Shown here: piece by piece, positions 10,436-17,827 of the stretch
Layout of the letters: each line of letters begins with the position of its first letter
Numbering within the stretch: the first letter of the stretch is position 1
Origin: Candidatus Sumerlaeaceae bacterium
Lineage (GTDB): Bacteria > Sumerlaeota > Sumerlaeia > Sumerlaeales > Sumerlaeaceae
Reading direction: 5' to 3'
DNA: 64,000 nucleotides
Assembly: GCA_049968255.1 (NCBI GenBank)
Contig: JBMFRB010000002.1
Location: 1 to 64,000, forward strand
Position numbers and translations under genes: made by a program
The notes under the pieces: generated by a model
What the model was told of the DNA's origin: nothing
Databases searched by the model: none
What the model saw: the letters and a program-made list of their open reading frames with translations, nothing else

Positions 10436-10813
10436 ATGATCACGTCGACAAACAATTCATTGAGTCGAACGGCCCAGAAGTGCGTGACACTTGCGGTAGT
10501 GCTGATGGCTACGCTTGGGCTCACGGGATGCATCCGCCGCTCTATGACGGTGACCAGCGATCCGCCCAACGCAAGAGTCTGGGTAAACGGCGTGTTTTAT
10601 GGGCAAACGCCCGTCGAAATCCCCTACAATTGGAATTGGTTTTACGACATAAAACTAGAGAAACCTGGCTACGAACCGCTGACTGTACGCGAGCGACTAT
10701 ATGCGCCGGTGCGCCACTGGGTGCCTTTCGACTTTCTCGTGGAGGTGGCACCAGTGAAAAGTAAAGAAAAGCAATGGCGCCATTACGTGCTCACGCCAAA
10801 GAAAGAGCTCTGA
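10436..10813 (+). CDS. PEGA-domain lipoprotein
   Basis: Lipobox LTGC; VTSDPPNARVWVNG..GQTP..LEKPGYEP PEGA pattern. Confidence 0.8.
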   Translation: MITSTNNSLSRTAQKCVTLAVVLMATLGLTGCIRRSMTVTSDPPNARVWVNGVFYGQTPVEIPYNWNWFYDIKLEKPGYEPLTVRERLYAPVRHWVPFDFLVEVAPVKSKEKQWRHYVLTPKKEL

Positions 10814-10840
10814 GAAAGATTCGAGACCTCCGGTGCGGGT

Positions 10841-11728
10841 TTAGCGCTCAGCTTCTATTCTCATACTGATGTCGAGAGCACGAGCCGAATGCGTGAGCCT
10901 TCCCACAGAAATCCTTTGGATCGGCAACATGCGTAGCGCTCGCACATCCTCCGGCGAGATTCTCCCACTTACCTCAATCTCGGGGAGAGCCAAGCCGAGC
11001 GCGTCAGCTTGTTTGCGCAGTTGGGCTACACACTTGCGGATGAGAGAAGGAGCCATGTTGTCGAGCATAATGATATCGGCACCCACCGCTAAGGCCTCGA
11101 GCGCTTCCTCCGTTGTCCGAGCTTCGATGCAAATAGGAAGGCGCCTTCGCAAGATTTCTCCCTGTTCGATAAGCGCTCGCATGACCTGGCTAATGCTTCC
11201 CGCGGCATCCACATGATTGTTTTTGATCATCACCATGTCGAAGAGGCCAAAGCGATGATTCTGTCCGCCGCCGTCAACAACTGCTTTTTTTTCCAAAACG
11301 CGCAGCAAGGGCGTCGTCTTGCGGGTGTCGAAAATAGCGATGCGGTCCGCATATCTCCCCAACGCGCGCACATACTCGCGCGTCAGTGATGCTATCCCGC
11401 AGAGCCGTTGCAGAAAATTCAGAGCCGTGCGTTCACCTGAAAGCAAGGCGGCCAATTTGCCTTCCACCTCGGCCAGGCGTGCTCCAGACCGAAACTCTGT
11501 TCCATCCTGAACCAGTTGTCGAAATCGGCTCTTCGGATCGAGTTGGCGAAAGACTTCTCGCACCACATGACCGCCGCTCATGCAGCCGTCCTCCTTGGCC
11601 AAAAAATAGGCGGTTCCCAGGCGCGTATTAAAAATCGCACTTGTCACATCGCCCGACCCAAGATCCTCGGCGAGTGCAAGTTTCACGAGCTCACGGAGCT
11701 CTAAACCAAAATGGCTTTTCCTTGTCAT
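10841..11728 (-). CDS. nadC: Quinolinate phosphoribosyltransferase
   Basis: EDLGSGDVTS, GERTALNFLQ, DTRKTTP, NHRFGL.D.VMIKNNH, IMLDNM; start trimmed to MTRKSH. Confidence 0.95.
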   Translation of the reverse strand: MTRKSHFGLELRELVKLALAEDLGSGDVTSAIFNTRLGTAYFLAKEDGCMSGGHVVREVFRQLDPKSRFRQLVQDGTEFRSGARLAEVEGKLAALLSGERTALNFLQRLCGIASLTREYVRALGRYADRIAIFDTRKTTPLLRVLEKKAVVDGGGQNHRFGLFDMVMIKNNHVDAAGSISQVMRALIEQGEILRRRLPICIEARTTEEALEALAVGADIIMLDNMAPSLIRKCVAQLRKQADALGLALPEIEVSGRISPEDVRALRMLPIQRISVGRLTHSARALDISMRIEAER

Positions 11729-11880
11729 GCGAGTACAAAACCACCGCAGGGAAATAGCAAAATCATACCTGTTTATTTTTCTTGCACACAAACTTTATCA
11801 GAGTGTTGACTTTCAAGAGGCAATCGGAGAGTCTCCCTCGCCGTCAGCGCTTAGATGTGTCATCGCATGGGGCGGAGATT

Positions 11881-12459
11881 ATGATTACGCAAACTCGGTT
11901 TCGAGTCCTCGTCGTCGACGACGACAAGGACATCTTGGACATGATCAATATCACACTGTCCCCCAGCTTCGAAGTCCTCACTCTCCAGGAATCGGTGGAC
12001 GCGTTGGAGATCATCGATGTTTTTGAGCCGGACATCCTCATCGTGGACATTATGATGCCCAAGGTGACGGGGTATCAAATTATCGAGCTGATGCGTCAGA
12101 ATCCCAGACACCAGCATGTGATTGTCGTTGTGCTCTCCGCCAAAGATTCTAGCCGCGATATTAAGTACGGTTATAAGCTTGGGGCGAATCTCTATCTCAC
12201 GAAGCCTTTCCAACCCGATCGGCTTTTGAAAAACATCCAGATGCTGGCAACAGGGCTGGGCAAGCCACGGCCAAAATCGTATTCGCTGCGCGATGTCCAG
12301 CTTCGGTTACAGCTTCTTGCGACAAAAAAATTTGCTACGCCCACCACGGATCCGAACGTGACACCCACTCCACCAGACGTTTCCTCTTCTAGTTTCCGGC
12401 TACGACGGCCGCTGGCACAAGAGGCTGACGAACAAGAGAAGAAAAAGTGGGTGGATTAA
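11881..12459 (+). CDS. Response regulator receiver protein with a short C-terminal extension of unknown type
   Basis: VLVVDDD, DIMMP, LSAK, YLTKPF; ATG 11881 after GGAG. Confidence 0.88.
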   Translation: MITQTRFRVLVVDDDKDILDMINITLSPSFEVLTLQESVDALEIIDVFEPDILIVDIMMPKVTGYQIIELMRQNPRHQHVIVVVLSAKDSSRDIKYGYKLGANLYLTKPFQPDRLLKNIQMLATGLGKPRPKSYSLRDVQLRLQLLATKKFATPTTDPNVTPTPPDVSSSSFRLRRPLAQEADEQEKKKWVD

Positions 12460-12986
12460 TATCAACGCCCCAACGTAATCTTGTTTACTTGGCGGGAGCA
12501 ATTGAGCATGCGCCCGACGGGGGGAGCGGCTGGCGTGCCAAGTTTAGAGAATTTCTCATCACTTGCTTAGGCCTCGAAGCTTTCGATCCTTGTGTTCAGG
12601 AGATTGAGCTGCTTACGCGCGAGGAAAAACACAACCTACGCAACTGGAAGAAAACCGATCCAGAGCGATTCCGCTTAGTCATCCGCAAGTTCGTCGAAAA
12701 CGATCTCGACCATCTGGTCAATCGCACACTTTTTGTCGTGTGCTTTTGGGATGAGTACGCAGCTCGGGGAGCTGGCACGGCCGGCGAAGTGACGGTGAGC
12801 TACCTCTATAGGATTCCATTGTACCTCGTGGCTGGCCGGCCGGTGGAGGAGATTCCCGGGTGGATCCTTGCGTGCGCCACCGAGATTTTTGACGACTTTG
12901 CCCACCTGCAGGCCAGGCTTCTCGAACGCTACTCTCAACGCCTGCCTTTTGAGGAGGGCCAGCGAGGACGTAATTTCGCTAACTAA
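12447..12986 (+). CDS. Nucleoside 2-deoxyribosyltransferase-like (flavodoxin/TIR-like fold) protein
   Basis: VYLAGAIE..GWR..AFDP..DL..L..VVCFWD..GAGTAGE pattern typical of NDT-like proteins. Confidence 0.6.
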   Translation: MGGLISTPQRNLVYLAGAIEHAPDGGSGWRAKFREFLITCLGLEAFDPCVQEIELLTREEKHNLRNWKKTDPERFRLVIRKFVENDLDHLVNRTLFVVCFWDEYAARGAGTAGEVTVSYLYRIPLYLVAGRPVEEIPGWILACATEIFDDFAHLQARLLERYSQRLPFEEGQRGRNFAN

Positions 12987-12989
12987 CAA

Positions 12990-15065
12990 TCACGGAGAGC
13001 TCGGCTGGTTATCGGTCAGGCGACGTTGCACCTCCTCAATCAGTTGTTTCTCCTCTTCAGAAAACTCTTCAGTTTTCTGTGCGTAAATTACTAATGTTGA
13101 GCTATCGGGTTGGTCAATCAAACCCAAAAATGCGTACCGCGAATCCTGCTGCATGAAAGCGCTGTATGCGCGCCGCTGTGTCCCTATCAGGAGCTTTCCT
13201 CCCGAATCCTTTACGAGCGGATGCCAACCGTCCTTCTCCATCTCCGCAAACACCGCCGCAGCATCAAGAGTCGCTTTGTCGCGAGTTACTCGTACCTCCA
13301 TTCCGGATTTCGGATAGAGAAAAAGAATTGCGTTTTCCTCATCGCAGTGCGCCTTCCATCCCATTGGTAGCCTAAAACCTATCCTCGCCTTAGTGCAGCT
13401 CGTGCGTGTCTCAGGCGGTTCCCTTGCTTCAGGAAATGAACTTCTAGTGGCGTCGGGGCGGGCAGTGGAGCTTTGTGGTGGAACTCCTGTTGGAGTTTCT
13501 CTCGTCGGCGTTTGGGAAATAGCGGGTTGGGCAATGGCAGGGGCGGTCGTCACCTCGTGCTCCGTCGGCCCTTTTGTGGTGGGCACAGCATTGATCCCAG
13601 GGAGCTTCTGAAACTGACGCACTGCCAATTCCGCAAAGACAGCATTAGGAATGTGCTTGAAAAAATCTGATGCAACTTCAGTAAGAGCAAGCCTTGGTGA
13701 ATTTGATTCTGGTTCGAGATGGAAGGCAATCCAAACTCGGCTTCCCCCTTTTCCAAAGTAGATGACTGCTGGGATTCCTTCAACCACTGATCTTGCAAGC
13801 TTATTAGGAATGGTCCCTTTGGCACGCAGGAGATCGATAACGGCCGACTCTGAAAGCCTTGGATCTCGGACGTAATCTACCGCAATGATCTTGTCCGGCG
13901 ACTCGATGCTTACCAATGAATCGGACACGAGCTTCGTCCAGCCGCGCGGAACCACGATCCTGTAAGCGCCCACGGCGTTGATGAGCTCATTTCCCTTTTG
14001 GATTTGCTGAAGATAGTCTTGCTGTTCTGGCGCGGACACGACAGCCCGCTGTGACCCCAAACGGACTAACAGGAAAGTGGCCACTAAGATAAATGCGGAA
14101 ACGACACTTGCGAGGGCTACAAGTAAGGCACGCCGGCGACGACGCCACGACCGTTTTTTCCCCCCAGCGTTGCTTTCGCTAGATTCTCGGCAAGACTCGA
14201 CGCGTGGCAATGACTTTTCGCTATTTCGAGAACAATTCTCCTCTTTAGATATTTGAAATAGAACGTCTTGGGAACTATGATTTGAGTCAATACTTGAGCG
14301 AGAACCAGACAAGGGTTCGACCGTCTTTACGGTTTTTTTCTCCTGAACTGTTTCGTCTTCGCCAGGCTCTGGCTTCGGCAAATTCGGATAATCGCGATGC
14401 CAACCGACGATTCGAAACTCGGCGATTGGTCCCCCCGGAGCTAACTGTAAAATTGAGCCGTCATCAAGGTAAGCTCGGCCTTGAACAGTCCTCTCGTTCA
14501 CGAATGTGCCATTGCGACTCGTGTCGATAACGATGAAACGCCCGTCCTCATACACGACACTACAGTGGTGGCCCGAAACTTGTAGGTACTCGGTGGGATG
14601 AAGCGAAATTTCCATGTCACTGCGGCGTCCAATTCGCACGGGGCGGTCGGAGGTGACCTTGAAGATTTTACCAGCTTCCGAGCCGGTTCGAAATTCTAAC
14701 TCGGCGACTAACTTTGGGGGTGGCGGACTAGGAGCATTATCGTTTTGGACGCCGACTCGAAAAATCACTTCGGGGCCGCCGGTCCCAAACTGAATATAGT
14801 CCTCTGATTTAAGGACTTGGCCTTCCTCAGCCGGCTGTCCATTGACAAAGGTGCCAGTGCGGGATCCCAAATCGTAAAGCTTGAATTCGCCGCTGTCGCA
14901 CAGAATTTCCGCGTGCAGCGAAGCCACCATGAGATCCGTTTCTGGATCGAAGCGAAGATCAGCCGAGGCTGCGCGTCCAACAGTAATCCGTCCCGCCGAG
15001 AACTCTACGACCTCGCCTGCACGGGGACCCGTGAGAAAGATAAAATGGCAGGTGCAAGAATTCAT
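12990..15065 (-). CDS. Tandem-FHA membrane protein with two PsbP-like extracytoplasmic domains
   Basis: Two FHA motifs (VGR..VASLHA..GSRTGTFVNG; IGRR..VSGHHC..SRNGTFVN), basic stop-transfer plus TM, then YRIVVPRGW and FRLPMGW domain starts. Confidence 0.75.
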   Translation of the reverse strand: MNSCTCHFIFLTGPRAGEVVEFSAGRITVGRAASADLRFDPETDLMVASLHAEILCDSGEFKLYDLGSRTGTFVNGQPAEEGQVLKSEDYIQFGTGGPEVIFRVGVQNDNAPSPPPPKLVAELEFRTGSEAGKIFKVTSDRPVRIGRRSDMEISLHPTEYLQVSGHHCSVVYEDGRFIVIDTSRNGTFVNERTVQGRAYLDDGSILQLAPGGPIAEFRIVGWHRDYPNLPKPEPGEDETVQEKKTVKTVEPLSGSRSSIDSNHSSQDVLFQISKEENCSRNSEKSLPRVESCRESSESNAGGKKRSWRRRRRALLVALASVVSAFILVATFLLVRLGSQRAVVSAPEQQDYLQQIQKGNELINAVGAYRIVVPRGWTKLVSDSLVSIESPDKIIAVDYVRDPRLSESAVIDLLRAKGTIPNKLARSVVEGIPAVIYFGKGGSRVWIAFHLEPESNSPRLALTEVASDFFKHIPNAVFAELAVRQFQKLPGINAVPTTKGPTEHEVTTAPAIAQPAISQTPTRETPTGVPPQSSTARPDATRSSFPEAREPPETRTSCTKARIGFRLPMGWKAHCDEENAILFLYPKSGMEVRVTRDKATLDAAAVFAEMEKDGWHPLVKDSGGKLLIGTQRRAYSAFMQQDSRYAFLGLIDQPDSSTLVIYAQKTEEFSEEEKQLIEEVQRRLTDNQPSSP

Positions 15066-15190
15066 GTCTCACGTCTGGGCAAGCGTTTTGTCATGTCAGA
15101 TCGTACGACGTATCTCTGTTGCTTCCCACCTTTTTGCAATTTCCGTGAAATTACCCTGCCCCTGGCCCTCGCAAACAATGACCATTGGAC

Positions 15191-16981
15191 TTATTCTTCG
15201 TCGCCAACCGTGACACGGAGGACCTCCTGGATGGTGGTCTGCCCGAGCAGGACCTTTTCCCAACCGTCCATACGGAGTGTTCGCATGCCTTTTTTTACCG
15301 CGACACGTTTTATCTTTGTTGCGGGTTCGACGCGAATGATCATCTGGCGCAATTCAGGATCATTCACGAAAATCTCGTGAATTGCTGTGCGGCCGCGATA
15401 CCCAGAATTGTTGCAACGATCGCACCCTGCACCCTTATAAAAGGGACGGTCGGCATATTGCTTCGGATCGTAGCCGACGCTCGCGATCTCCTCGGGCTTG
15501 GGTTTATACTCGATCTTGCAGTGACTGCAGATTTTGCGAACCAACCGCTGAGCCACCACCGCCTGAATCGAACTCGCCACGAGAAAGGGTTTGATTCCCA
15601 TGTCAATCAGACGGGTCGTGGCGCTGGGGGCGTCGTTGGTATGTAGAGTGCTGAACACAAGGTGACCCGTCAGCGCCGCGCGGATACCAATCTCGGCCGG
15701 CTCTAAATCGCGCATTTCACCGACCATAATCACGTCTGGCGACTGGCGTAGGATGGCGCGCAGTCCCTGCGCAAAATCGAGGCCTACTTCCTTATTCACC
15801 TGCACCTGGTTGATCCCGTCAATCATGTATTCAACGGGGTCCTCAATTGTGACGATCTTTGTCTCCGGATTATTGATCGTCGAAAGGGCGGCGTAAAGTG
15901 TGGTCGTCTTGCCACTACCAGTCGGTCCGGTCAGAAGAATAACGCCGTTGGGCGATCTGATGAGTTCTTTGAACAATTTCACCGAATCAGGCAAGAATCC
16001 AACGTCCTCGAGTCCCATGAGGACGCTCGCCTGGTCAAGGATACGCATGACGATTGTTTCGCCGAAAATGGTCGGCATTGACGACACGCGCAAATCCAGT
16101 TTTTTGCCCTGAATCGTCAACTTGATACGCCCGTCAAGGGGCACACGTTTCTCTGCCAGATCCATCCCCGCCAGCACTTTCAGGCGCGAAATAATGGAGT
16201 TTTGCCACCGCTTTGGAGGCGCTGGAACCTCGTGGAGCACGCCGTCAATGCGGAACCGGATAGTCATGCCGGTCTTCGTTGGCTCGATGTGGATATCTGA
16301 GGCACGGTCGTGCACGGCCTGTTTGAAAATGAGGTCTACGTATTTGACCACCGGCGGCTGATCGACATCGGGCGTCCCTGTCAGGTCAATGTTGGCGTAC
16401 GCATCCTCTTCTTCGGCGCGCGATTCGGTCTGGATGGCTTCATCCGCCGCACTGGCATAGAGGTCAGAGATATCCGATCCCTCGTAATAGTGTTTAATGT
16501 AGCGATTAATGTCATCTTCGCTAGCAATGACAGGGATGACTTTCTTGTGGTAAACACGTTCGAGGTCGTCGGTCACCTGGATATTCAGCGGGTCGACCAC
16601 TGCCACCCAAAGGTGCTCATCATCGTAACGCACAGGGAATACGCGGTACTTGATCGCATGCTGGGGTTGAATTTGTTCAATGAGATCGGGCGTTGGCTTC
16701 AGCTCGCGCAAATTGACTTTTTCGAGCCCCAGGTTTTGGGCCAGCGCGTCGAGAATGTCGTCGTCGCGCACCAGCCCCTGCGACACCAATGCGTGCTTGA
16801 CGGTCTGCGCGCTCTCATCCTCTGGAATGAGATCCTTGATCATGTCCTGGCTGATAAGGCCGGCTTCCTCGAGCAACCAGGCCAAGGTCTTTCCTGTACC
16901 CACACTGCCGCCCTTAGCCTTTGTCGCGGCCGTCTTTTCAAAGTAGCGTCGTTCCTCGGGGGTTGGTTTTCTTACCGCCAT
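15191..16981 (-). CDS. pilB: Type II/IV secretion assembly ATPase (PilB/GspE family)
   Basis: ASDIHIEP, RFRIDG, Walker A GPTGSGKTT, EDPVE, GEMRD, TGHLVFSTLHTN, tetracysteine CSHC..CDRC. Confidence 0.9.
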   Translation of the reverse strand: MAVRKPTPEERRYFEKTAATKAKGGSVGTGKTLAWLLEEAGLISQDMIKDLIPEDESAQTVKHALVSQGLVRDDDILDALAQNLGLEKVNLRELKPTPDLIEQIQPQHAIKYRVFPVRYDDEHLWVAVVDPLNIQVTDDLERVYHKKVIPVIASEDDINRYIKHYYEGSDISDLYASAADEAIQTESRAEEEDAYANIDLTGTPDVDQPPVVKYVDLIFKQAVHDRASDIHIEPTKTGMTIRFRIDGVLHEVPAPPKRWQNSIISRLKVLAGMDLAEKRVPLDGRIKLTIQGKKLDLRVSSMPTIFGETIVMRILDQASVLMGLEDVGFLPDSVKLFKELIRSPNGVILLTGPTGSGKTTTLYAALSTINNPETKIVTIEDPVEYMIDGINQVQVNKEVGLDFAQGLRAILRQSPDVIMVGEMRDLEPAEIGIRAALTGHLVFSTLHTNDAPSATTRLIDMGIKPFLVASSIQAVVAQRLVRKICSHCKIEYKPKPEEIASVGYDPKQYADRPFYKGAGCDRCNNSGYRGRTAIHEIFVNDPELRQMIIRVEPATKIKRVAVKKGMRTLRMDGWEKVLLGQTTIQEVLRVTVGDEE

Positions 16982-17043
16982 GTCCTTGTCTCACCTAGTA
17001 CGTTTACGCCTGAGGGCATCTCCGTCGCTCGGCGCGGGGCGCA

Positions 17044-17098
17044 ATGCAAAGAAGTTTTGCATGCTAATCCTCCCGCACATGCTCATGCATGTGCGGAG
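17044..17098. promoter_or_regulatory. Two palindromes in the pilB / DUF5989 divergent intergenic region
   Basis: ATGCAAA-N5-TTTGCAT (17044-17062) and ccgcacatgc-tcat-gcatgtgcgg (17073-17096); function not shown. Confidence 0.35.
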
Positions 17099-17267
17099 CT
17101 ACCTTTTCCTGCTTGGCCCACTATCAATTACACTTATGCGACATCTTCCAGCGGAATTTCCACAATAAAATTCCCGACCGCTATAAGAGGGATCACGAAT
17201 AAGCGCATTCGTCGCATGTTTTCCCAACGCAGAAAAGGCCAGAAAAACGCCGGAGCGTGGAACAGGC

Positions 17268-17501
17268 ATGATTCTTCGCTTTTTACCATTGGTTTTGGTT
17301 TTAGTGGCCCTCGGAGCAATGGCTTGGGGAGTCTATCGGCTGCGCGATCGTTTTGAAATCCTTCGCGAGTTCCTACAGTTTTTGGGCGAGCGCAAGCTTT
17401 GGTGGTTAGCGCCTATCCTGATTGTCTTTGCTCTGGCCGGGATTTTTGTTGCGGTGACGAGCAGCTCTGCTGTCAGCGCGTTCATCTACACACTATTTTA
17501 G
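17268..17501 (+). CDS. DUF5989/SxtK-like small membrane protein
   Basis: EFLQFL.ERKLWWLAPILIV..SSAVSAFIYTLF closely matches the family pattern. Confidence 0.75.
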   Translation: MILRFLPLVLVLVALGAMAWGVYRLRDRFEILREFLQFLGERKLWWLAPILIVFALAGIFVAVTSSSAVSAFIYTLF

Positions 17502-17516
17502 TGAAACGGTGATGGT

Positions 17517-17753
17517 ATGGCCATGTTGGCAACGCTATGGGGAAAATGGAAAAAGCTTGGCGCCCTCCTCGCCAAGCTCTTCGGTCAAGTCCTTTTCGCC
17601 TTGCTTTACCTTCTGCTGTTTACACCCGTTGCTCTTGCCGCTAAGCTGATCGGAAAGCACTTCTTACCACGCTTTTCTTCGGCCGATTCCACGTATTTCC
17701 TCCCGAAAGAAAAAATTGAACCCACGCTCGATTACTTGCGTCGCCAGTGGTGA
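17517..17753 (+). CDS. SxtJ-like small membrane protein (C-terminal module only)
   Basis: W.KLG.LL....GQVLF.LLY.LLFTP.AL..KL.GK..L..STYF..RQW pattern. Confidence 0.6.
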   Translation: MAMLATLWGKWKKLGALLAKLFGQVLFALLYLLLFTPVALAAKLIGKHFLPRFSSADSTYFLPKEKIEPTLDYLRRQW

Positions 17754-17827
17754 AAAGAAAATGGGCTTGTCATGCAGAGCAACAAGCCCGATTTCCTGCC
17801 GAGAAACATGGCTGAACTTGGCAATGT

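Noticed and set aside
16886-16909. Second Walker A-like motif GSVGTGKT at the PilB N-terminus
   Set aside because: Not preceded by a hydrophobic beta-strand and runs into the MshEN-like helix; most likely chance
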